10,008 nucleotides of DNA from PVC group bacterium (GCA_022560555.1 JADFSZ010000050.1:1-10008), one strand, 5' to 3'. Positions 1-7,224 are shown, counted from the first letter of the stretch. Translations and numbers: made by a program. The notes: a model not told the origin generated them from the sequence alone.

Positions 1-27
1 TAGTAACAAAATCGAGTGGAGGTTAAC

Positions 28-675
28 ATGACGTGCTGGGTGAAAAAAACTGTATGGGTGAGTTTATTCCTGATTTTTTGTAGTGCCGGGCTTGTGGCTG
101 TTCAGAAATTTTGGAAGGAAGTTCCCTCAAAGTTTCAAGAGACCGATGAAGTAGAAAAAACTCAACAGACAGAGATTTTTCTATCCGATTTATCCGAAAC
201 GTTTCATGCCGGTTTGTCTATAGGCTATACGTCTGATCGTGTGGAGCAATATATGGATAAGTTTTCCATTAAATTGGTTCGGGAGCCGGCCGGCTTGTCA
301 AAAAGAAAAATGTCCGCGTATTTTAAGAAAATAACTCTTTCAGATACCTATGAGAATTGTTCGAAGGAAATTGAAAATCTCGTTGAATGGGTCACTAAAG
401 AGTTTCATAAAGATTATTCTCCTCAGATTCTTCTTTTTCTCGCACGGTTTTGTATTGAAGTAAATGCCGAGGAAAAGGCGATTGAATACCTTGAGATTGT
501 CATTCAAAAAAGCGATCCTGTGTGGGGCTCCATGGGGCTTTGCCTTCAAGGAATGATTTATGAGGATTATATGGATAAAGCCGAACTGGCGCGGCAAACG
601 TATTCGCGTGTTTTGGCTCATTATCCGGATAGTCTCGAGGTCACATATGCGAATAAAGCCTTGCAGAGAATATGA
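28..675 (+). CDS. Hypothetical membrane-anchored protein with a TPR-like C-terminal region
   Basis: The track ORF 16..675 starts at GTG. I prefer ATG 28 because GGAGG (18-22) lies 5 nt upstream. The N-terminus has one hydrophobic segment (TVWVSLFLIFCSAGLVAV). The C-terminus (GLCLQGMIYEDYMDKAELARQTYSRVLAHYPDS) fits the TPR pattern G..Y......A...Y...L...P. Its stop overlaps the next start (ATGA at 672-675). No specific family recognised. Confidence 0.6.
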   Translation: MTCWVKKTVWVSLFLIFCSAGLVAVQKFWKEVPSKFQETDEVEKTQQTEIFLSDLSETFHAGLSIGYTSDRVEQYMDKFSIKLVREPAGLSKRKMSAYFKKITLSDTYENCSKEIENLVEWVTKEFHKDYSPQILLFLARFCIEVNAEEKAIEYLEIVIQKSDPVWGSMGLCLQGMIYEDYMDKAELARQTYSRVLAHYPDSLEVTYANKALQRI

Positions 676-1316
676 CAAGAGATTCTATGAATAGGATGAG
701 ATTAACGGGCGGAAAAGATAAGGGACGTAAAATCACTTTTGAAAAACTTCCCCGGCTTCGTCCCACAATGGATAAAATACGTAAAGCCGTGTTTGATATC
801 GTGGGTTCACGCATTGTGGACGCATCCTTTTTGGATCTTTTTGGCGGAACGGGAGCTATGGGCTTGGAAGCGCTCAGTCGCCGGGCCGGACATGTTGTTT
901 TTGTGGATCGATCAAAAAAAGCGTATCAGCTTATACGAAAGAATCTTGATCTTTTGGAATGGACGTACCGGGTCGGGGCTCTGGGGCGGTCATCAAAAAC
1001 GATCAATCTTAAGCCCGGGGTTCATCCTTCTAAACAGCACGAGGTGATTGATGTGTACCTCAATGACGCGCATGCATTTTTAAAAACCTCTTCAATGATG
1101 AAATGGACGTTTGATTTAATTTTTCTTGATCCTCCCTATAACAATGACCTTCTAAAATATTTGAGATTCATTGAAAAATATGGTACCTTAAACGATGGGG
1201 GCAGGGTCCTGTGTGAACATCAAGAGCCTCTAAATCTCGACGGGGATGCTTTTTGGAAATGTCTTCAAAAGAACCGCTATGGAGACAAGTGTATTTCTGT
1301 CGTGAAACATGTTTAA
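672..1316 (+). CDS. rsmD: 16S rRNA (guanine-N2)-methyltransferase RsmD family, SAM-dependent
   Basis: The translation contains RsmD hallmarks: MRLTGGKDKGRKI, RPTMDKIRKAVFDIV, the SAM-binding LDLFGGTGAMGLEALSRRA, and the catalytic DPPY motif in FDLIFLDPPY. It sits immediately upstream of coaD, a widely conserved pairing. The start is ambiguous: ATG 672 gives an ATGA overlap with the upstream gene, while ATG 696 (MRLTGG) matches the usual RsmD N-terminus better. Confidence 0.8.
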   Translation: MTRDSMNRMRLTGGKDKGRKITFEKLPRLRPTMDKIRKAVFDIVGSRIVDASFLDLFGGTGAMGLEALSRRAGHVVFVDRSKKAYQLIRKNLDLLEWTYRVGALGRSSKTINLKPGVHPSKQHEVIDVYLNDAHAFLKTSSMMKWTFDLIFLDPPYNNDLLKYLRFIEKYGTLNDGGRVLCEHQEPLNLDGDAFWKCLQKNRYGDKCISVVKHV

Positions 1317-1342
1317 CGAACGAAGATTTCTTCAAGGTGCGT

Positions 1343-1825
1343 ATGAAAAAAGGCGTTTATCCGGGAACATTTGATCCGATCACGTATGGCCATATCGATC
1401 TCATCAAGAGGGCTCTTGAGATTGTCGACGAACTTATTGTGGCTGTGGCGCATAATCCGGCGAAAAATCCGAAATTTTCTATTCAAGAGCGTGTTGATTT
1501 TGTTAAAGAAACCTTAAATGAAATGGATGTGTCCGAAGGCAAAAGCGTTAGGGTTGAATCCTTTGATGGATTGCTCGTGAACTATGTTGAATCGCTGCAG
1601 GCAAAAATCATTATTCGCGGCATTCGGGCCTTTTCGGATTTTGAAAATGAATTTCAAATGGCTTTGACGAACCGGAAATTTAATCCATCGATTGAAACCA
1701 TCTTTTTGATGCCGAATGAAAGTTACTCTTATATCAGCTCAAATATTATTAAGGAAGCGGCTCGTCTTGGTGCCGATATTAGCCCCTATGTTCCCGCGGC
1801 GGTCCAAAAAAAGCTAAAAAATTAG
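1343..1825 (+). CDS. coaD: Phosphopantetheine adenylyltransferase
   Basis: MKKGVYPGTFDPITYGHIDLIKRA carries the nucleotidyltransferase T/HxGH motif (TYGH). The ISSNIIKE motif is near the C-terminus, and 160 aa is the typical PPAT length. The track ORF (1253..1825) begins upstream inside the rsmD 3' end. I trimmed it to ATG 1343, which is preceded by AAGGTG (1334-1339). Confidence 0.9.
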   Translation: MKKGVYPGTFDPITYGHIDLIKRALEIVDELIVAVAHNPAKNPKFSIQERVDFVKETLNEMDVSEGKSVRVESFDGLLVNYVESLQAKIIIRGIRAFSDFENEFQMALTNRKFNPSIETIFLMPNESYSYISSNIIKEAARLGADISPYVPAAVQKKLKN

Positions 1826-1938
1826 ATATAAGTTGTTCATTATAAATATATTATGAAAATACCAAATTAAGGTCGCTTCTCATGAAAAATAAGTCCTCCA
1901 TGGGAAGGAAAAATAAGCGTGAAATTCATTTTTTTGTG

Positions 1939-1966
1939 TTGACACCTATAGTTAAATACGTATAAT
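1939..1966 (+). promoter_or_regulatory. Sigma70-type promoter with perfect consensus hexamers, likely driving tRNA-Thr, tuf and downstream genes
   Basis: TTGACA (1939-1944), a 16-nt spacer, then TATAAT (1961-1966). An A/T-rich stretch (gaaattcatttttttgtg, 1921-1938) lies upstream in the position of an UP element. The predicted transcription start site (TSS) is near 1973-1975, about 150 nt before the tRNA-Thr 5' end. Confidence 0.6.
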
Positions 1967-2123
1967 CACTCCCCACAACAGCAGGCGGTAACGCAGGCTA
2001 AAATTCCCTAGATTGTTGCTATCCTTGGAGTTAATCGGATAGGAAGTCAATTGAAATAAGGAAAATCATTGACTGATAGGGGTTTTTATAGTTTTAAATA
2101 TTCTGATCTAAATGTATACATAA

Positions 2124-2198
2124 GCCCGCGTAGCTCAGAGGTAGAGCACATGCATGGTAAGCATGTGGTCATCGGTTCAACTCCGATCGTGGGCTCCA
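2124..2198 (+). tRNA. tRNA-Thr, anticodon GGU, 3'-CCA encoded
   Basis: Hand-folded cloverleaf. Acceptor GCCCGCG/CGTGGGC (one G-U pair). D stem GCTC/GAGC. Anticodon stem CATGC/GCATG with loop ATGGTAA (anticodon GGT). Variable loop TGGTC. T stem ATCGG/CCGAT with loop TTCAACT. Discriminator T, then CCA. A tRNA-Thr directly upstream of tuf is a classic arrangement (thrT-tufB in E. coli). Confidence 0.92.
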
Positions 2199-2260
2199 GA
2201 ATCATGATTGCGATTTGTTTGTTTAGGGTAAAGACAAACTTCTAAATCCGGGAGGCAGGT

Positions 2261-3469
<1,209 letters not shown>

Positions 3470-3476
3470 TAAAGAT

Positions 3477-3507
3477 CGACATGCGCCATGCGTCATGAGA
3501 CATGCGC
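3477..3507 (+). repeat. Tandem heptamer array (CATGCGC CATGCGT CATGAGA CATGCGC); left arm of an inverted repeat
   Basis: CATG recurs at 3480, 3487, 3494 and 3501, an exact 7-nt period. Positions 3477-3501 are complementary to 3604-3628 at 21 of 25 positions. Confidence 0.75.
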
Positions 3508-3603
3508 TAAAGGGCAAAAGAACGTAAAGATTTTGGTTGCAAAAACAGATAATAAAGAGACTTTAGGACAACAAACCCAAAGAAGAGAAAGATTGTGATG
3601 CAA

Positions 3604-3628
3604 GTCGCATGACGCGTGTCGCATGACG
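3604..3628 (+). repeat. Direct repeat GTCGCATGACG x2 with 14-nt period, equivalent to three inverted copies of the CAYGCGN heptamer; right arm of the inverted repeat
   Basis: GTCGCATGACG occurs at 3604-3614 and 3618-3628. Read on the minus strand the segment is CATGCGA CACGCGT CATGCGA. It ends at the first base of the rpmG SD (GAGG 3628-3631). Confidence 0.75.
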
Positions 3629-3638
3629 AGGTTTTAAG

Positions 3639-3791
3639 ATGCGCGAACAAATTGGATTAGCCTGCGAAGATTGCGGCCGTAAAAACTACTATAAAGATCG
3701 AAATAAAAAACAGAAAACGGATAAACTCCGTTTGAAAAAATATTGTCGTTTTGACAGAAAACATACGTGGCATAAAGAAGTGAAACCATAA
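3639..3791 (+). CDS. rpmG: 50S ribosomal protein L33
   Basis: Not in the ORF track because it is only 50 codons. Translation: MREQIGLACEDCGRKNYYKDRNKKQKTDKLRLKKYCRFDRKHTWHKEVKP. This matches the L33 pattern (CxxC, NY...KN, L.LKKYC....KHT.H.E.K). SD GAGG lies 7 nt upstream. Its position between tuf and tRNA-Trp/secE is a known gene order. Confidence 0.9.
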   Translation: MREQIGLACEDCGRKNYYKDRNKKQKTDKLRLKKYCRFDRKHTWHKEVKP

Positions 3792-3837
3792 GGGACTGTG
3801 TTTGTAGGAAGCAAGTCCCCCTACTCAGTTTACCGAT

Positions 3838-3914
3838 AGGCCTGTAGCTCCAATTGGTAGAGCGTCGGTCTCCAAAACCGAGTGTTGGGGGTTCGAATCC
3901 CTCCAGGCCTGCCA
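3838..3914 (+). tRNA. tRNA-Trp, anticodon CCA, 3'-CCA encoded
   Basis: Hand-folded cloverleaf. Acceptor AGGCCTG/CAGGCCT. D stem GCTC/GAGC. Anticodon stem TCGGT/ACCGA with loop CTCCAAA (anticodon CCA). T stem GGGGG/CCCTC with loop TTCGAAT. Discriminator G, then CCA. Confidence 0.92.
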
Positions 3915-3947
3915 TTGATTCATGGTGACCAAGAGTTTTGCATAAGA

Positions 3948-3994
3948 AAAATCACCGTATTCTTTGGATTTTTGTAATCAGATCCGGTGATTTT
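3948..3994 (+). terminator. Hairpin with a U-rich tail between tRNA-Trp and secE; possible weak terminator or attenuator
   Basis: AAAATCACCG (3948-3957) pairs perfectly with CGGTGATTTT (3985-3994), giving a 10-bp stem. TCATTTGTTT follows. The loop is 27 nt, which is atypically large for an intrinsic terminator. A third copy of the GGTGA core at 3924-3928 could pair with TCACC (3952-3956) instead. Confidence 0.35.
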
Positions 3995-4020
3995 CATTTG
4001 TTTAAAGGGGAAAAGAAGGT

Positions 4021-4212
4021 ATGAATTGGATTGGGAAAATAAAGGAATATTTTAAAAATGTTAAGCTCGAAATGCAAAAAGTCAGCTGGCCGACCAAAAG
4101 CGATATTAAAGGATCGACAAGCGTGGTGATCGTGACTCTTTTTATTGTTGGCGCGTTCATCGGTGCTGTCGATTTTTTGCTTTCAAGCGTGATTGGATTG
4201 CTCATTAGATGA
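4021..4212 (+). CDS. secE: Preprotein translocase subunit SecE, short single-TM form
   Basis: 63 aa, with KVSWPTK followed by one transmembrane helix (VVIVTLFIVGAFIGAVDFLL). It sits directly upstream of nusG and overlaps it by ATGA (4209-4212). Confidence 0.85.
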   Translation: MNWIGKIKEYFKNVKLEMQKVSWPTKSDIKGSTSVVIVTLFIVGAFIGAVDFLLSSVIGLLIR

Positions 4213-4748
4213 CGGAGATAATCAAACAGTGGTTCGTTGTGCATACGCAGACAGGGGTTGAAAATCGTGTTAAAACCATGATTGAAAACCGCGTGAAGTT
4301 TGAGTCTAGGGAAGATCATTTTGGAGATATTCTCATCCCGACGGAAAGCGTAGCGGAGATTCGCGATGGAAAAAAGCGTGTGGTCTCCCGGAAATTTTAT
4401 CCGGGATACATCTTGATCGAAATGGATCTGAACGATGACACGTGGTACTTTATCCGCACGATTCCGGGGGTTACAGGATTTATTGGCGCGGGAAAGAAAC
4501 CGACCCCGTTAAGCCAGGAAGAAATAGACGCTATTGTGCGCCGTACCGCTTATGAGCAGGAAAAGCCGAAACCGAAGGTTCTTTTTGAAATAGGCGAAGG
4601 GGTTAAAATTATCGACGGTCCTTTTTTGAATTTTAACGGCAATGTTGACGATATCAATAATGAAAAAGGGGTTGTTAAAGTCCTGGTTCCCATTTTTGGC
4701 AGAACGACCCCCGTTGAATTGGAATTTTGGCAAGTGGAAAAACTGTAA
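4209..4748 (+). CDS. nusG: Transcription termination/antitermination factor NusG
   Basis: 179 aa. NGN domain: WFVVHTQTGVENRV, ILIPTE, YPGYILIEM. KOW domain: GEGVKIIDGPFLNFNGNVDDIN, and the end of the protein is typical of NusG. Confidence 0.95.
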   Translation: MTEIIKQWFVVHTQTGVENRVKTMIENRVKFESREDHFGDILIPTESVAEIRDGKKRVVSRKFYPGYILIEMDLNDDTWYFIRTIPGVTGFIGAGKKPTPLSQEEIDAIVRRTAYEQEKPKPKVLFEIGEGVKIIDGPFLNFNGNVDDINNEKGVVKVLVPIFGRTTPVELEFWQVEKL

Positions 4749-4751
4749 AGA

Positions 4752-4834
4752 CCGCGGAAGAACGCGGATATAAAAAATCGCAGATCAACGCTGAAAAATC
4801 CGCGGCTAATCCGCGTACGAGTTTAAGATCCGCG
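4752..4834 (+). promoter_or_regulatory. CGCG-core motif cluster in the nusG-rplK spacer; candidate rplK leader structure
   Basis: Hairpin CCGCG (4752-4756), loop GAAGAA, CGCGG (4763-4767). Three direct copies of TCCGCG follow at 4799, 4810 and 4829. Each is complementary to CGCGGA (4763-4768). The rest of the spacer is A/T-rich. Confidence 0.3.
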
Positions 4835-4854
4835 TAAAATTAGCGAGGTTTTTG

Positions 4855-5280
4855 ATGGCTAAAAAAGAAATCGGAATAATCAAACTGCAGATTTCGGCAG
4901 GGCAAGCGACCCCGGCGCCTCCGGTGGGTCCCGCTTTGGGCCAAAAAGGGGTCAACATTATGGAGTTTTGCAAGGCCTATAACGAAAAAACGAAAGATAA
5001 GACCGGAACGATTCTTCCGGTTGTCATTACGGTTTACGAAGACCGGTCATTTACCTTTGTGATCAAAAGTCCTCCCGCGGCTGTTCTCTTAAAACAAGCG
5101 GCCGGGCTGGCCAAGGCCTCCGGAGAGCCTAATAAGGTTAAAGTCGGAAAAGTGTCCAAAGTCCAAATAGAAGAAATTGCGAAAATAAAAATGAATGATT
5201 TAAACGCGACCAAAATAGAAAGTGCTATGAAAATTATTGAAGGAACAGCCAGAAGTATGGGGATCGAGGTTGAAGGATGA
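4855..5280 (+). CDS. rplK: 50S ribosomal protein L11
   Basis: [43 protein letters not shown] is a canonical L11 N-terminal domain. The track begins at TTG 4852. I prefer ATG 4855, with GAGG (4845-4848) 6 nt upstream. Confidence 0.95.
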   Translation: MAKKEIGIIKLQISAGQATPAPPVGPALGQKGVNIMEFCKAYNEKTKDKTGTILPVVITVYEDRSFTFVIKSPPAAVLLKQAAGLAKASGEPNKVKVGKVSKVQIEEIAKIKMNDLNATKIESAMKIIEGTARSMGIEVEG

Positions 5281-5969
5281 GAATAACAAAAAAGAAAAAA
5301 AAGATGGAAGGGCTTATTGATCCGGATGCCTTCTATTCTTTGGAAGACTCCGTGGATCTTCTACTCAAGGTCCCGAAAGCCAAGTTTGATGAGACGGTTG
5401 AAGTCTCCGTCAAATTGGGGATTGATACCAAGATGGCGGATCAGCAAGTTCGAGGCACCGTCCGCTTGCCTCATGGCACGGGAAAAACCATTCGTATTAT
5501 TGTGATTGCGGAGGGTGAAGATGTCAAAGAAGCGTTGGAAGCGGGAGCCATGGAAGCGGGGGCCGGGGAATTGCTTCAAAAGATTGAAAAAGGATGGCTG
5601 GACTTTGACTGTCTGATCACAAAGCCCTCCATGATGAAACTTCTGGCCAAACTTGGAAAAATTCTCGGACCGCGAGGATTGATGCCGAATCCAAAATCAG
5701 GGACCGTCACACAAGATATACCGAAGGCGGTTAAAGAGATGCAAGCCGGCCGTATTGAATATAGGGCTGACAAAGCCAGTGATGTTCATATTTGCGCGGG
5801 AAAGGCTTCCTTTGACAAGAAGGCGATTGTCGAAAATATACGAGTTCTTATTATGGAGCTGCTTAAAGTCAAACCATCGAGCGCTAAAGGTCCATATTTC
5901 AAAAGCATTGCCGTCTCAACAACAATGGGACCGGGAATCCGCTTGGACGTGAATCAATTTAAAATTTAA
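5277..5969 (+). CDS. rplA: 50S ribosomal protein L1
   Basis: 230 aa, collinear with E. coli L1. Matching segments: [51 protein letters not shown]. The start overlaps the rplK stop (ATGA 5277-5280). N-terminal length matches E. coli L1 exactly up to the LLK motif. Confidence 0.95.
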   Translation: MRITKKKKKMEGLIDPDAFYSLEDSVDLLLKVPKAKFDETVEVSVKLGIDTKMADQQVRGTVRLPHGTGKTIRIIVIAEGEDVKEALEAGAMEAGAGELLQKIEKGWLDFDCLITKPSMMKLLAKLGKILGPRGLMPNPKSGTVTQDIPKAVKEMQAGRIEYRADKASDVHICAGKASFDKKAIVENIRVLIMELLKVKPSSAKGPYFKSIAVSTTMGPGIRLDVNQFKI

Positions 5970-5983
5970 AAAACGGGAAAAAA

Positions 5984-6733
5984 ATGCCGGGAATTGTCAA
6001 CAAATCAATCGTTAATGAATTTAAAAAAGACCTGAATCGCGCCTCTTCTTTTGCTTTGGCCGAATTCGACAAAGTTTCTGTGAAAGACTTTGAGGAGTTC
6101 CGGCGGAATCTGCAAGCGAAGGGCAGTTGGTGTAAAGTGATGAAAAATCGCCTTTTGAGTATTGCTTTCAAGGAGAATGGTCTTGAGCCTCCGGACGAAT
6201 TTTTTAAAGGATCTACCCTGGCCGTAATGTCCGAGGGGGAGGTCACGGATTACGCGAAGGTTCTGGCGGATCTATCAAAAAAAATTAAAGAAGTAAAAAT
6301 TAAAGGTGGTTTTATCGAGGGCAAGGCTGTTTCAGGCGAAGAGATTATGGTCATTTCAAAATTGCCGTCCAGGGAAGTGTTGATAGCCCAAATTTTAGGA
6401 TCCATGAACGCTCCTATAACAAATTTTGTTTGTGTTTTAAGCGCCGTTCTCAAAAGTCTCTTGTATGTTCTTAAAGCTGTTGGGGAGGAAAAGGCCCAAT
6501 CGGAGGTTGTGAAGGAAGAAGGTGTGACGGGTCAATCGGGAGAAGAGACGAAAACGGCTCAAGGTGAAAATGTCTCTCCGGAATCTAAGGAGAAGGAGCT
6601 GGTTAAGGAAAAAGAACCGGCCTCTGAAAAGGCGGAAGCCTCAACGGATAACGCCAAAACAGGTGAGTTAAGCCGAGATAAACCCTCTGATGCGGAAAAA
6701 AATGAATCTAAAAAACCAAACGAAGACAAATAA
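5984..6733 (+). CDS. rplJ: 50S ribosomal protein L10 with a long low-complexity C-terminal extension
   Basis: Residues 1-170 resemble L10: the order rplA-rplJ-rplL, KNRLL, GSTLAV, IKGGFIEGK, and a C-terminal helix LPSREVLIAQILGSMNAPITNF. The total of 249 aa is about 80 aa longer than typical L10. Confidence 0.88.
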   Translation: MPGIVNKSIVNEFKKDLNRASSFALAEFDKVSVKDFEEFRRNLQAKGSWCKVMKNRLLSIAFKENGLEPPDEFFKGSTLAVMSEGEVTDYAKVLADLSKKIKEVKIKGGFIEGKAVSGEEIMVISKLPSREVLIAQILGSMNAPITNFVCVLSAVLKSLLYVLKAVGEEKAQSEVVKEEGVTGQSGEETKTAQGENVSPESKEKELVKEKEPASEKAEASTDNAKTGELSRDKPSDAEKNESKKPNEDK

Positions 6734-6790
6734 AAAAGAAACAGGTAAAAAATTTTAGTAAATTGATCAAGAAAAAGGGAGGAATTAATC

Positions 6791-7180
6791 ATGGCCGAAG
6801 GTACACAAAAAATGGAAACGATGATGAAATCTATCGAAGAGATGTCTGTTCTTGAATTGTCCGGATTCGTGAAAGCTCTCGAAGATAAATTTGGTGTCAG
6901 TGCCGCTGCCCCGGTGGCTGTTGCGGGTGGGGCGGCTCCGGAAGGAGATGCCGCTGCTGTCGAAGAGAAAACAGCTTTTGACGTTGTTTTAACGGAAGTG
7001 GGCGGACAAAAAATCCAAGTGATCAAAGAAATCCGCAGCTTAACCGAATTGAGCCTGAAGGAGGCGAAAGAACTTACGGACAACGCGCCGAAACCGATTA
7101 AAACCGGTGTGCCGAAAGACGAAGCGGAAAAGATTCAGAAAGCTATTGAAAAAGCCGGCGGTAAAGCCGAGATTAAATAA
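6791..7180 (+). CDS. rplL: 50S ribosomal protein L7/L12
   Basis: 129 aa. It has an Ala/Gly-rich hinge ([27 protein letters not shown]), and [35 protein letters not shown] aligns with the E. coli L7/L12 C-terminal domain. SD GGGAGGA at 6776-6782. Confidence 0.96.
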   Translation: MAEGTQKMETMMKSIEEMSVLELSGFVKALEDKFGVSAAAPVAVAGGAAPEGDAAAVEEKTAFDVVLTEVGGQKIQVIKEIRSLTELSLKEAKELTDNAPKPIKTGVPKDEAEKIQKAIEKAGGKAEIK

Positions 7181-7222
7181 GCGGGGTATTTTCCTCGCTA
7201 AGAAGGCACCCGATAAGGGTGC
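7180..7222 (+). terminator. Two tandem hairpins immediately after rplL; candidate rplL-rpoB attenuator or processing site
   Basis: Hairpin 1: AGCGGGG (7180-7186), loop TATTTT, CCTCGCT (7193-7199), 7 bp including one G-U. Hairpin 2: GCACCC (7206-7211), loop GATAA, GGGTGC (7217-7222), 6 bp. No U-tract follows, so if this acts on transcription it is a leaky attenuator rather than a strong terminator. Confidence 0.4.
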
Positions 7223-7224
7223 TG

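Noticed and set aside
739-1047. 102-aa plus-strand ORF in an alternative frame inside rsmD
   Set aside because: It is fully nested in rsmD, whose own frame carries clear methyltransferase motifs. The alternative-frame product is Trp/Phe-rich with no motif.
1253-1342. N-terminal extension of the coaD ORF in the track (MEMSSKEPLWRQ...)
   Set aside because: It overlaps the rsmD 3' end and begins at a non-ATG codon. PPAT homology begins at MKKGVYPGTFDP (ATG 1343), which gives the canonical 160 aa and has AAGGTG upstream.
1882-1965. 27-codon small ORF (MKNKSSMGRKNKREIHFFVLTPIVKYV) in the coaD-tRNA spacer
   Set aside because: It has no convincing SD, overlaps the -35/-10 promoter hexamers, and lies upstream of the predicted TSS. 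It is most likely a chance ORF in A-rich sequence.
3488-3598. 36-codon small ORF (MRHETCAKGQKNVK...RERL) within the tuf-rpmG spacer
   Set aside because: It has no SD, and its start codon is one of the repeated CATG units, so the ATG is a by-product of the repeat. The composition simply reflects the A-rich spacer.
3477-3628. Interpretation of the inverted heptamer arrays as a MITE or IS remnant, or as a CRISPR-like array
   Set aside because: It is not a CRISPR array: the units are 7 nt with no spacers. The MITE reading is not supported within this window, since I see no target-site duplication flanking the arms and no transposase. It cannot be excluded without genome-wide copy-number data, so the element is reported as an unexplained repeat rather than a mobile element.
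3634-3915. 93-aa minus-strand ORF
   Set aside because: It is antisense to rpmG and to tRNA-Trp; its N-terminus is simply the reverse complement of the tRNA. It is spurious.
4002-4319. 105-aa minus-strand ORF over secE and the nusG start
   Set aside because: It is antisense to two well-supported, translationally coupled genes, and the product has no recognisable features.
4835-4840. TAAAAT as a possible -10 element for an rplK promoter
   Set aside because: There is no acceptable -35 hexamer at 16-18 nt spacing, and the implied TSS would leave essentially no leader before the SD. No convincing rplK-proximal promoter is visible.
6559-7083. 174-aa minus-strand ORF spanning the rplJ 3' end and rplL
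   Set aside because: It is antisense to two ribosomal protein genes. The product is Ser/Ala-rich and low-complexity, mirroring the Glu/Lys/Ala-rich sense sequence. It crosses an intergenic region with no independent signals.
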